From Octopus vulgaris (taxonomy: Eukaryota), in contig OX597824.1 of the NCBI GenBank assembly GCA_951406725.2, positions 44,640,001 through 44,704,000 on the forward strand: DNA of 64,000 nucleotides, read 5' to 3'. Under the pieces are notes generated by a model that was not told the origin of the DNA, ran no database searches, and saw nothing but the letters and a program-made list of their open reading frames with translations. This document shows, one piece after another, positions 51,251-64,000 of this stretch (position 1 is the first letter of the stretch; each line of letters opens with the position of its first letter). A program made the position numbers and the translations under genes.

Positions 51251-52823
51251 ACCCAAAGAATCATTACATTTTCTCCCTTATTATTATTATTATTATTATG
51301 ATTGTGTGTATGTGTGTGCGCACGTGCATGTGTGTGTATGTATGTATATATATATATATATATATATATAAATTAGTTTGGAGTATGTAACTTTTATTAA
51401 AAGAAAGCTATTATTAAAGTCTACACTGTCAAGAAATTTTTTATAAATTTCAGTTTTAATATATATATTTTCTCAAAACATGGTTTTCAAAAATCTTTTA
51501 TAATTGAAGATTTCAACAACATGATTCAATTACAAAACTACTTTTATTCACTGTGAGATAGTCATCTTACACTGCAAGATAATATTTTTAAAGTTTTAGT
51601 TTATGTTTCTAGAAGTATAAAGGTTGCCCAATATTTCCAATGCTACTATCTACAGACACAGTGAAAACATTTCCCCAAATTACAAGTTTAATCTATCATC
51701 AGCCAAATTATGTTGAATCCAGTATCTTTTCATATTAGTTGGGTGTTTTCAAAGAAATAAATGCTGAAGAAGAAAAATGTTTTCAATTTACTTATGTCAG
51801 TTGGACCAAATAGAAACTTGTTTCATTTTCCTTCAACTAAAGTGTTTGACTGTTATCTTTTATGTTTTAATCTTCTGCTTGTTTCTATCATTAAACTGCA
51901 GCCATGCTGAGGCACCACCTTGATGAATTTAATTGAATGAATCAAGTCCATAACTTGATTTTATTTTTATTTTTAAGCCTGGTACTTATTCAGTCAGGAT
52001 GCACAATTTTTTTTAATAACTATTACAGGGGACTGTTACAGTACATGATAGGACTAAAGCATGGAATCTGTTACATATTTCCTGTAGTTAATTCCTTAAC
52101 TGAGATCTCATAATAGCACTGGTCATGTTAATGTAATTCATATAATGAATAGGCAGAAAAAAAAACCATTCCCTGTCTCTACATCTGTAACTGTGTGTTT
52201 AATAGGACATTGATACTAAAATGTACAAATATATATGTTGACAGAAAATGCAAAGGAAATACCTTATACAATTACATGTGTTGGACATACAGTAAGTTTT
52301 CCAATGTAATTTTTTTCAGCATATACTAGGTATGCAATCTAGTTTACGGTCATGCAATAGTACAATATCTTCTGAAATATATACATATGATAAACTGAGG
52401 ACTTTTACTGATTCATTTATTAATTTTAATGCCATTTTTGAGCACAAGATAGTTTACATTTATTTACTAAGTGAGAGAGTATTAGACAAATAAAGGATAC
52501 GAAGGAAAATTTCACATAACATGTTAGAAATTACACAAGTGGGAATCAACTGTGTAAATATCATTTAGCAACCAGTAGAAAACCACCTGCAGGATGACAT
52601 TTCTGCTTGTATATATAATAGAATAATCTGTTGGTAGTCAAAGAAGCAGCCACTGTCAAATAGATAGTAGTTATGCTCAATACATGAGTATGTTGTAAAG
52701 TGAGTGTTTTTTTAATTTGATAAAAATTAAAAATTGTCATTTTATAGGATTATCATGCAATTTTGTTAAAACTCTTCAAAATGTCAAGCTACAAAGAAGT
52801 AAAGACAAAATATAAATGAAGTA

Positions 52824-53226
52824 CTGGAGCTGGTGAGATTGTTCAGAAGTGATGTGAAGAGACCAGATGGTCTTACCCTTTGTCCCTGGGTAAAAGGTTG
52901 GTACCTATGTATACACACACATCTGAGGCACCAGAGTTTGTGACTCTTTTGCTCCCTCCCATATCCTGGATGCTGCAGTAAATGGTAGGGTCACCACTTC
53001 CATAGGTGAATGGAACAAAATCCTTAAGAATCAGGACTTGTCAGTAAGCTATTTCTTCCAGCCTGTGACATTTGAGAAGCTTGGAGGGGCTGGGCTGCTA
53101 TAAGTGAAGTTCTTCTCAACTCGCCCTACCAAGGTGTCAGGTGATGCCCATGAGGGTGCTTGGCTGTTACAACGCCTTAGTCTCACTACAGCCTATAGTA
53201 ATGTCAAAAAAATGTTAGCCTGCATC
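52824..53226 (+). mobile_element. CRE-like non-LTR retrotransposon C-terminal REL endonuclease relic
   Basis: LELVRLFRSDVKRPDGLTLCPWVKG, VCDSFAPSHI, YFFQPVTFEKLGG and GDAHEGAWLLQRLSL, with frameshifts. Confidence 0.7.
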
Positions 53227-53659
53227 AGTAGGTTCTATTGAACTTTGTGATGTGCAACCAATTGAAGCACTAAGTGTGGAATAAATGTTTTTTTTTTCTT
53301 TTTCTTTCTTTCTACATCTCTTTTTTCTTTCTTTCTTTGATCATGCTTGTGTTTTCTTCGGTTTTTGGATTTGTATTTTAATGTAGTTTTGTATTGTATA
53401 TGTATCACAAACATACATGTTATATATGTAATTACTAAATTAATGAAATAGGTAATTGTTAATTAAATGCTAACTGAATCAGTCAAAGCAAAACAAAACA
53501 ATGCTAATGTTCATACATGTCACGCGTATGTAGATATTAATACATGACTATCTAATTGATGTCTAAATTCCAATGAAAGAGTCCTATTTCTGAGTTGGAG
53601 GACTTGTTTATAGTTTCTTGGTGAGAAATGTTTAAAATGATACATGTACCAGAACATTC

Positions 53660-54030
53660 ATAAGCATGGCTGTGTGCTAAGGACGTTTGCTTTACAATCA
53701 CATGGTTCCCAGTTCAGTATTACTTCTTGGTACATTGGGTGTCTTCTATTTTAGCCCCGAGCTGACCAAAGCCTCATAAGTGGATTTCGTAGGCAGCAAA
53801 TGAATGAAGCCTGTCGTGTGTGTGGGTGTGGGTGTGGGTGGGTGTGTGTGTGTGTGTGTCCACCACTTGACAAGTGTTGGTTCGTTTACGTTCCCGTAAC
53901 TTATAGGTTCGGCAAAAAGATCGATAGAATGCGTACCAGGATTTAAAAAGTAAGTACTGGGGTCGATTCATTAGGTTAAAACCCTTCAAGGCAGTGCCCC
54001 AGCATGGCCACAGTCTAATGACTGAAAATA
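53660..54030 (+). mobile_element. tRNA-derived SINE, older copy
   Basis: Same head, core and tail organisation as the 54054 copy. Confidence 0.8.
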
Positions 54031-54053
54031 AATAAAAGATAAAATATAGATAA

Positions 54054-54224
54054 GGCGCAGGAGTGGCTGTGTGGTAAGTAGCTTGCTAACCAACCACATG
54101 GTTCCGGGTTCAGTCCCACTGCGCGGCATCTTGGGCAAGTGTCTTCTGCTATAGCCCCGGACCGACCAATGCCTTGTGAGTGGATTTGGTAGAGGGAAAC
54201 TGAAAGAAGCCTGGCGTATATATG

Positions 54225-54257
<33 letters not shown>

Positions 54258-54462
54258 TTGTGTGTCTGTGTTTGTCCCCCTAGCATTGCTTGACAACCGA
54301 TGCTGGTGTGTTTACGTCCCCGTCACTTAGCGGTTCGGCAAAAGAGACCGATAGAATAAGTACTGGGCTTACAAAGAATAAGTCCCGGGATCGATTTGCT
54401 CGACTAAAGGCGGTGCTCCAGCATGGCCGCAGTCAAATGACTGAAACAGGTAAAAGAGAGAG
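54054..54462 (+). mobile_element. tRNA-derived SINE, young full-length copy
   Basis: GGCGCAGGAGTGGCTGTGTGGTAAG (A box) and GGGTTCAGTCCC (B box). CpGs retained, internal (TA)(TG) microsatellite, AAAGAGAG tail. Confidence 0.9.
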
Positions 54463-55183
54463 TAAGAGTATAAATAAAACTTACAGGGTTTTTTTTTATT
54501 AATTAAGATGCGTCTAAAATAAAAATGAGGTCAATAAAATTATCACAAAAATAGAAAGGCGGGAATACAGAATGAGTCTGTAAGGAAACACGTTGAGAGC
54601 ACGAAGAAAACAGAGCAGCGAGAAGGAAAGACCAGTGTGGTGTGCGTAAAAGAAAGTGAGAGAGTGAGTTATTGAAGAGCGAGTAACGCAGAAGGAGAGA
54701 GGAGAAACAAATGGTTGAGAAAAAAGTGGTGTTGCAACAATATCCAAATATGTGTATGTTAGTGTGAATATTTCTTCTTAGGAATAAAGAGCGAAAGAGA
54801 AACAAATAACTGAGTGAGAGTATAATTCTGGGGTGCGTGCGGGGGAGAGAGAGAGAAGCAGTGGGGGGATGCCTATGTGTGTCTGAGGGGGAAATATATG
54901 GGAAATGTGAGATAAAATCAGAGATTAAGAAAGCAAACAATTAGTAGAAAGTGGAAGTTAAACAGAAAGATAAGGCAACAAGGGAGCTTCTACTTGTTGC
55001 TCGACGTGTTAAAAATAGCAGCCAAATCGAACTCAAATCACGCGGAATAGGCTGCATAGAACAATGTAGTTTTTTTTATGTATGGTGAGCCAAAGAGAAA
55101 GATAGTATGGTCACTACTGGAGCGCCGTTAATGATAGGTCTGTTTGGTTAGGACTGACCTACGGATAAACCACATCGAAAAAG

Positions 55184-55184
<1 letters not shown>

Positions 55185-55242
<58 letters not shown>

Positions 55243-55490
55243 CAGATAGGTATACATATGAGTGTGATGAAACAAAGAGAGCCGGAAAATGTAGAGAAAA
55301 AGAGACAGCAATTGTATGGTATATGTGAGATATTGAGAAGAAAACTACAATGGAAAACACAGACAGACAGATCCATACATACATACATACATACATACAT
55401 ACATACATACATACATACATACATACATACATACATACATACATACATACATACATACATACATACATACATACATACATACATACATAC
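55185..55490. repeat. (GATA)n and (CATA)n microsatellites
   Basis: Directly visible at ~55185-55247 and ~55374-55490. Confidence 0.95.
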
Positions 55491-55883
55491 TGTATGTGTA
55501 TTTACATGTACGAGTGTCTTTGTTTGCCTGAGAGAAAGAGATCGTATGTCTGTCTATGTGTGTGCAAGAGAAGGAGAGAGAGAGAGAAAGAAAGAAAGAA
55601 AAAGAAAGAGTAAGCCAGAAGGGAACTATCAAAAAGAAAGAAATAGCGAGATGTTTACGTTTAAAAGGGTAAAGGAGAGAGTAAGACAGAAATAGAGAAC
55701 AGCGCAGTTTCAACATGAACACAGCTGTTTTGGAAAGAAAATTAACGGACGTCAAGCATGATTTGACAATCCTGTTTCTAAGATCTCTTAATTAATTGCT
55801 CTATTTAGTGTTTTTGAAATGTTTTTTTACTCAGGTAAATTCTTTCCTTCAAAATTATTTTGTAACATTTTATTAATGATGAT

Positions 55884-55899
55884 TATGTATGTATGTATG

Positions 55900-55933
<34 letters not shown>

Positions 55934-56437
55934 TGTATGTATGTATGTATGTATGTATGTATGTATGATGTATGTATGTATGTATGTATGTATTATGTAT
56001 GTATGTATGTATGATGTATGTATGTATGTATGATGTATGTATGATGTATGTATGTATGAATGTATGTATGTATGATGTATGTATGTATGATGTATGTATG
56101 TATGTATGTATGTATGATGTATGTATGTATGTATGTAGGTATTATGTATGTATGTATGTATGTATATATGATGTATGTATGTATGTATATATGATGTATG
56201 TATGTATGTATGTATGTATGTATGTATGATGTATGTATGATGTTTGTATGTATGTATGTATGTATGTATGTATGTATGTATGTATGTATGATGTATGTAT
56301 GTATGTATGTATGATGTATGTATGTATGATGTATGTATGTATGTATTATGTATGTATGATGTATGTATGTATTATGTATGTATGTATGTATTATGTATTA
56401 TGTATGTATGTATTATGTATATATGATGTATGTATGT
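55884..56437. repeat. Long degenerate (TATG)n microsatellite
   Basis: About 550 bp of TATG with TGA/TTA interruptions. Confidence 0.95.
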
Positions 56438-56713
56438 TTTATTCATTCCAGGCATTTGACTGTGATCATACTGGGGCACTGCCTTGAAGAATTTCTTGTC
56501 AAATAAATTAACCCCAGTACTTATACCTTTTTTAAAAGCCGGTACTTGTTCTATCAGCCTCTGTTGCTGAACTGCTAGTTGTCAAGTGGTAGCGGGGAAC
56601 AAACACATTCACACACGCATCAAGATATATACATATATGACAAGCTTCTTTCAGTTTCCACCTACCAGATTCACTGGCAGAAGGCACTTTCTCAAGATGC
56701 CATGCAGTAGGAC

Positions 56714-56805
<92 letters not shown>

Positions 56806-56826
56806 TGTATACACACACAGGCACAC

Positions 56827-56895
<69 letters not shown>

Positions 56896-57247
56896 GTGTA
56901 TAGATATAGAAATAGATGTAGTGGTATATCTATAGGAGTGCTCATATCAACTTTGTGCTCCCTATCAACTTTGTTTCCTTATATGTTTTGATGATATAGA
57001 TAACAATTGTGCTGAAAAAAATTAATTTTGAGTACATCTCCACTCTCTCTCTCTTCAGGAATTTGTTAAATGAATAATATTTAGTATGAAATTTTCCAGA
57101 GATGCCAGTATAATTTAAGATACAAAAGTTTTCAGAGGTGAATTCGTTGGTATGGCTGTTTGGTATGCTACAGGCCTTAGACTGTATCCACATAATCCCT
57201 GCTATTTCTAGCATAATACAATCACATAGAGGATAGGTTATCTATCT

Positions 57248-57423
57248 TTCTTTTACTTGTTTCAGTCATTGGACTGCAGACATGCTAGGTCACCCCATAT
57301 TATTATTTTTTGTAAAGCCTGGTACTTATTCTGTCAGTCTATTTTGCCAAACTGCAAAGTTACATAGATGTAAACACACAAACACCAGTTGTCAAGTAGT
57401 GGTAGGGGACAAACACAGATACA

Positions 57424-57504
<81 letters not shown>

Positions 57505-57660
57505 CGGGCTTCTTTCAATTTCTGTCTACCAAATCCATTCACAGGGCCTTGGTCAGCCTGAGGCTAAATTAGAAGACACTTGCTCAAGGTGCCACACAGT
57601 GGGACTGAACACAGTACCGTGTGGTTAGGAAGCAAACTTCTTACCACACAGCCATGCCTG
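57248..57660 (-). mobile_element. tRNA-derived SINE with an expanded internal (CA)n
   Basis: Reverse complement of the 54054 family. Further copies near 56440-56716, 59180-59520, 59925-60300 and 61870-62245. Confidence 0.85.
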
Positions 57661-57719
57661 ATTAAAGAGAGAGAAAAACGTTTACCACAATAGATTCCAA
57701 TAAAATCATATCCAGAAAC

Positions 57720-57947
57720 TTAACCCTTTCCGTACCAACCTGGCTGAAACCAGCTCTGGCTCTGCAGTACAAATGTTTTGTTTTCCTAAGTTTTGAATTA
57801 AAATCTTCCACCAAACCTTAGTCACAATTTATGTTCCTAACACTAGCTTGATGATAATAAGTTATTTTACTAAATTCTTTGTTATATTCAAAATAACAGA
57901 AAAAAACACAGATCATATCAAAATATATATGGTAATGAAAGGGTTAA
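57720..57947. mobile_element. piggyBac-type MITE
   Basis: TTAA-CCCTTTCCGTACC...GGTAATGAAAGGG-TTAA. Confidence 0.8.
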
Positions 57948-58612
57948 GAGGAAACAAAAACAGTGAGAAGTACACTTTTGTAGCTATGCCTTGGTATCAG
58001 TTATAAGTCTACAGCCAGCCATGCTGGGGCACCACCTTCAAGGATTTTTGTCAATCATATCTTACTTCAGCCTGATTATTATTGTATCAACTCTATTTGA
58101 GGCACTGTTGGGTTTCAAACACCACATCACCTCAGGCACCACAAAATTTCAGATATGAACATACTTAGACACATGCATACACACACACATACATACATGT
58201 ATACATACATACATACATACATACATACATGCATACATATTGATGCACATACATATGTATGTACTTGAGCGTGTGACACAGCTGTGTGGCTAAAAGATTT
58301 GTTGCATGATACCTTAGGCAGGTGTCTTCTACTTTAACCACTGACTGTCTAATACACACATACCTCTGTGTGTGTGTGCACGCGTGTGTGTGTGCATGCG
58401 TGTGTAAGTGAAAATTTCACTAAACTTTACACCAAGTTTCATGTAAGCTTGAGGTAAGTTAGGGAAGTTTATAGCTTACAATAAATAGAATGAAACCCTA
58501 CTATACATATGGACTCTTGCTTTCCCCTTCTTTGCACAATTCTTTGTGCTGTATTATGTATGAATGTGTGTATATTTGTAAGTATTATATATATTTGTAT
58601 GTATTATAAGTA

Positions 58613-58708
<96 letters not shown>

Positions 58709-58783
58709 AATATGGGGAATAAATCCAAATTTACAGGGAAAAAAATCAGATTTAGGATTAAATCCAATTTTATAGTAAAATAT

Positions 58784-58951
58784 TATAAAATATTATTAGA
58801 GACAAAACCACTATTTTGCAAAACAAACAAGGAAAGACTTAATCAATACATAAAATTTTAATAAATAGTCAATTGACTATTTATTAAAATTTTATGTATT
58901 GATTAAGTCTTTCCTTGTTTGTTTTGCAAAATAGTGGTTTTGTCTCTAATA

Positions 58952-58961
<10 letters not shown>
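58784..58961. repeat. Perfect 178-bp palindrome
   Basis: Centre GTCAA|TTGAC (58872/58873). The 89-bp arms were checked base by base. Confidence 0.95.
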
Positions 58962-58995
<34 letters not shown>

Positions 58996-59305
58996 TTATA
59001 TATATATTACATATATGTATATAAATTAGAGAAGAACCACCTTTTATTAATTCAACAATGAAATAACAATGATATAATTAAATTATACCATATGGAAAAA
59101 AATTAAATATATGATAAAACATATACCAATAATTAAGTAAAGTACAAAATAATAAATAAATTTTTTTTTTCTCCTGATATTCATTCTATAGGCCTCTTTT
59201 GCTAAACTACTAAGCTATAGGGATATAAACAAACCAACACAGGTTGTCAAGCAGTGGTGGGGGACAAACACAGACACAAAGACACGTAAACACACACAGA
59301 CACAT

Positions 59306-59379
<74 letters not shown>

Positions 59380-60511
59380 TTTCAATTTCTGTTTACCAAA
59401 TTCACTCACAAGGCTTTAGTTGGCCCAAGGCTGTAGTAGAAGACACTTGCCAAAGATGCTGCACTGTGGGACTGAACCCAGAATGGTGTGGTTAGGAAGC
59501 AAAGTTTTACCACACAGCCAATGTATATACATATATATATACATACATATATTTGTGTGTGTGTGTGTACATGTTTGACTCCTTGCCTTGACATTCCATT
59601 ATTGTAACAAAATAGTTGTCACTGTCATTCTAGCAGTGTTATTCATTTCCAATACTCTAAATGTCTGAAAACAAGCATGGATGTTTAGAACAAACTTATG
59701 AAAATGCTTTGAACAGGCAAAAGTTTAAGTAACAATGGTTACTATAATATATATTAGTGAATTCTCATCATGTTGCAACAATTGACATCTAAAACGTCAA
59801 ACTACTCTATCCTCCTTTCAAGCATTAAGCTAATAGCATCATACTTTGTTCTTTCTGAGTTGTTCTCTTAATGCTCATTTTAAGCATTTTTTGCCTTTAC
59901 ATTATGCACATGTGTGTGTGTATCTTTTATCTTTTGCAGTCATTGGGCTGCTGCCATGCTGGAACACCACCTTCAAGAGTTCTTACTCAAACAAATCGAC
60001 TCCACTACTTTTGTTTCAAGTCTGGTACTTATTTTATCAGTTCCTTTTGCTAACTACTAGGTTATGGGGATGTAAACAAACCAACACAAGTGATCAAGTA
60101 GTGGTGGGGAAAACGCAGATATAAAGACATATACACATAGATATATAGATATATGCATATGATGGGCTTCATTCAGTTTTTGTCTACCAAATTCACTCCC
60201 AAGGCTTTGGTTGGCCTGAGGCTATAGTAGAAGATACCTGCCCAAGGTGCATTTGAACCCAGAACCAGGTGGTTGGAAAGCAAATTTCTTACCACACAGC
60301 ATATATATATATCTATATCTATATATATATATATCTCGGGATCTTTCTTTCTCCTATGTTTCCGACAAAGAGCTCCGCTCGAAACGTCATACCCTCCTTC
60401 TTCCCTTTTTTCCTGAGCGCCTAATAATACTTTAATTGTTCCACCTCCTCACGTTGTTGTCTTTTTTGTTTTCTTGTTTGGATTAACTTTATATATATAT
60501 ATATATATATA

Positions 60512-61640
60512 TACTGGCAGAGGTACCCTGCATTGCCTGTGTCACATGAAATTGAAGATTAAGAATTTTAATGATGGATCTTTCCCTCTTTACACACCCT
60601 AACAAAAATTCTAATCATGACATATTTATCCCATACTACTCATTTTTATGCCCAGATTCAAAAATCCAAATCTTATTAAATCTATTCACAGGTTTTTGCT
60701 CCTGAAAAATGGAGCACATGGAGCTCTAAAATGTGGAAGTTAAGGCCCCTATTGGGGGTGGGTGTTGGAATCAGTGTTGCCATCTGGGAAATATCTCTGA
60801 CCCAGTGATAATAAAAAGACTCAAAGGAGGTTTGCAACCAAATAACTTTACTCAAAATAACATTTTGCAACTGAATCAGTGGAGGCAAAGATGCCTCTCC
60901 TTTACTTGACAATTTATGCACCACATTTACAGAAATCACAATCTAAAAATATCTCAAAGCACACTTTTACACTTTTGTACCATTGAATTACATTGAATTA
61001 CAAATATCATTCGTCTTGTATGCTCAGGTGACTCACAGCTTCCAAGATTACAATTGTATTTGTCTTAGCTTGGGAAAAATGACTAAATTGTGGGGGGTTA
61101 GGTCCCATTAAGGGGTCTTACTAACTCCTAAGAAGTTGAAATTTTAGGAATATTACTTCATTTGTGTCTAATATCTATGGTTAAAATTTCATCAACAGTA
61201 AAAATACATGAATTTTCATGGGGATTATGGCCTCATTTATGCCCCACTCACTTTTGAACACATACTGCATTACATCTGGCCTTATGCATAGAATATAATT
61301 TCCAAATTTCATAAACATCCATTCAGTACTTTTTACCTAGTTTTGGATCACAAAATATGACTAAAATTTGGGAGTTAGGACCCCAGTAGGGGTTCTTAGA
61401 ATCCTCATGAGAAGTGGAAACTTTGGAAATACTTCTTGATGCGTGTCAATTACCTATCGTTGAAATTTCATCAACATCAGAAATTTATGAATTTTCGTGG
61501 AGGGTTCTGCCCCCTTTAAGCCACTTCAAATACAAACCAAACATACTGCATTATACCTTCCCTTCTGCATTGAATCTAAGTTCCCAATATCATAAGGATC
61601 CATTCAGTAATTTTGGTCCATGAAATTGTATGAAACATAT
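60512..61640. mobile_element. Non-autonomous element with internal ~310-bp repeats (possibly Helitron-derived)
   Basis: TACTGGCAGAGGTACCCTGCATTGCC end resembles a reversed Helitron hairpin/CTAG terminus. Repeated ATGACTAAA..GGG.GTTAGG.CCC units at ~61079 and ~61357. Confidence 0.4.
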
Positions 61641-62245
61641 AGTATTACCCTTCTCCCTAGGCTTCGATTTTGTGCAGTAGTTTTTGAGTCTATAAGTAAC
61701 ACATGAACACGCAAAAAGACATTGAATTTTATATAATAGATATATATATATGCACATATACATACATGTATATATGTATGTGTGCATATGTGTGTGTGTG
61801 TGTGTATATCATATATACACAGAAAGATAGATTGATAGATACAATTGAGTGGACAAACAAAAATATAAGACATTGCCTTGAAGAATTTTTTGTTGAATGA
61901 ATCAACCCGGGTGCTTTATTTTTATTTTGATAAGCCTGGTACTTATTCTCTCAGTCTCTTCTTGTCAAACCAGTAAGTTATGGGGATGTAAATAATCCAA
62001 CACTAGTTGTCAAGCAGTGATGAAGGAAAAACACAGACACAAAGACACACATACACCTACATATATACATATATATATATATACAATGGATTTCTTTCAG
62101 TTTCTGTCTACCAAATTCACTTGCAAGGCTTTGGTTGGTCTGGGATTATAGCAGAAAACACATGCCAAGTTACCATACAATGGGACTGAACCCAGGACCA
62201 TGTGCTTTGGAACCAAGTTTCTTACCGCACAGCCACACCTGCACC

Positions 62246-62291
<46 letters not shown>

Positions 62292-62548
62292 TGAGGGAAT
62301 ATTATTCCAAACTTACAGGAAAAAATTCAATTTAGAAATACTAAATCAAATTTCACAAAATATAATATATATATATATATATATAAATTAGAAAAAAAAC
62401 ACCTTTTATCAATTCAATAATGAAAAATTAAATTATACCATTTAGAAAAATTACATATTATAGAAAGATTAAATATAAGATAAAACATATAATGATGATT
62501 AAGTAATGTGCAAAATAATAAATAAAATGTATATATTTGGTATATATT

Positions 62549-62597
<49 letters not shown>

Positions 62598-62600
<3 letters not shown>

Positions 62601-62873
62601 ATGACACGTGACCGACCAGACCATCAGATGTTGTTACACATCGCTGGTCACAATGCGTTCGCATTGTTTTAGCCTTCGAATGATGCCACCCCGCTAGCTA
62701 AGCGAGCAGGCCAACAGAAGAAAGAGTGGTGAAAGAGTACAGCAGGGATCACCACCCCCTGCCAGAGCCTCATGGAGCTTTTAGGTGCTTTCACTCAATA
62801 AACACTCACAACGCCCAGTCTGGGAATCGAAACCGCGAGTCCGCTGCCCTAACCACTAGGCCATTGCGCCTCC

Positions 62874-62876
<3 letters not shown>
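62598..62876 (-). mobile_element. tRNA-derived SINE (third family) inserted in (TA)n
   Basis: Minus strand GTGGAGGCGCAATGGCCTAGTGGTTAGGGCAGCGGACTCGCGGTTTCGATTCCCAG carries A and B boxes. Confidence 0.75.
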
Positions 62877-62909
<33 letters not shown>

Positions 62910-62913
<4 letters not shown>

Positions 62914-64000
62914 GATAGCTTCCGTTACCTAGGTGACCAAATCAGTAGCGGGGGTGGGTGTGCTGAAAGTGTAACTGCAAGAGTAAGAATAGCTTGGGCA
63001 AAGTTCAGAGAGCTCTTACCTCTGCTGGTGACAAAAGGCCTCCCGCTCAGAGTAAAAGGCAGACTGTATGATGCGTGTGTACGAACAGCCATGCTACATG
63101 GCAGTGAAACATGGGCCGTGACTGCTGAGGATATGCGTAAGCTCGCAAGAAATGAAACCAGTATGCTCCAATGGATGTGTAATGTCAGTGTTCATACTCG
63201 ACAGAGTGTAAGTACCTTGAGAGAAAAGCTGGACCTAAGAAGCATCAGTTGTGGTGTGCAAGAGAGACATTTGCACTGGTATGGTCATGTGGCAAGAATG
63301 GATGAAGATAGTTGTGTGAAAAAGTGCCATACTCTCGCAGTTGAGGGACCCTGTGGAAGAGGCAGACCCAGGAAAACCTGGGACGAGGTGGTGAAGCACT
63401 TCAAACTTTAGGTCTCACTGAGGAAATGACTAGAGACTGAGACCTTTGGAAGTGTGCTGTGCGTGAGAAGACCCGGCAGGACAAGTGAGACCATAACCCA
63501 GGATGTGCCAGTCCACTTATGCATACCTTTCCTTCTGGGGACACAAAACTCTACTTGTGAAGACCTGTTGAGGCAAGTGAGAATCGAAATCGATCAACAT
63601 CAATGGAAATTGCAGCTGTGATACCAGTGCCGGCAGCATGTAAGAGAACCATCCGAACGTGGCCGTTGCCAGCGCCGCCCCGACTGGCCTCGTGCTGGTG
63701 GCACGTAAAAAGCACCATCCATTCGTGGCCGTTGCCAACCTCGCCTGGCCCCCGTGCCGGTGGCACGTAAAAAGCACCATCCGATCGTGGCTGTTTGCCA
63801 GCCTCGTCTGGCACCTGTGCCGGTGGCACGTAAAAAGCACCCACTACACTCACGGAGTGGTTGGTGTTAGGAAGGGCATCCAGCCGTAGAAACATTGCCA
63901 GATCAGACTGGGCCTGGTGCAGTCTTCTGGCTTCCCAGACCCCAGTTGAACCGTCCAACCCATGCTAGCATGGAAAGCGGATGCTAAACGATGATGATGT
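62910..64000 (+). mobile_element. 5'-truncated RTE-clade LINE, young copy
   Basis: ORF 63028-63411 KGRLYDACVRTAMLHGSETW...WYGHVARMDED...RGRPRKTW, then the 3' UTR array and a TAAACGATGATGATG tail. Confidence 0.93.

Noticed and set aside
54503-54940. 145-aa minus-strand ORF
   Set aside because: Arises from GA-rich low-complexity sequence, with no domain or splice support.
55128-56991. ORFs with YVCM/IHTY/YIYI repeats
   Set aside because: They are translations of (TATG)n, (CATA)n and (TA)n microsatellites.

Overview
AT-rich eukaryotic (animal) genomic DNA, dense in repeats and microsatellites. The SINE, LINE and microsatellite content resembles an octopus/coleoid cephalopod genome (inference, not verified). 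Two protein-coding genes can be reconstructed by hand. (1) The 3' part of RAB3GAP2 (Rab3 GTPase-activating protein non-catalytic subunit) is on +, with 20 phase-consistent GT-AG exons from 1490 to the stop at 37023 (about 891 aa; the 5' exons lie upstream of the window). (2) A complete MRPL14 (mitochondrial ribosomal protein uL14m, 149 aa) is on -, convergent with RAB3GAP2, with a probable non-coding first exon and promoter near 49.3 kb. The rest is a patchwork of degenerate elements: a mariner with intact TIRs, Gypsy, RTE LINEs, R4/Dong-like and CRE-like REL-endonuclease relics, a Penelope-like relic, tRNA-derived SINEs, piggyBac/hAT/pogo-type MITEs and microsatellites. The most notable non-gene signals are several distinct minimal type I hammerhead-ribozyme motifs (two in fold-back elements, one of which encloses a tRNA-derived Pol III head), a perfect 178-bp palindrome, and a repeat-spacer-like hairpin array in RTE 3' UTRs. 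Most ORFs in the supplied track are spurious.
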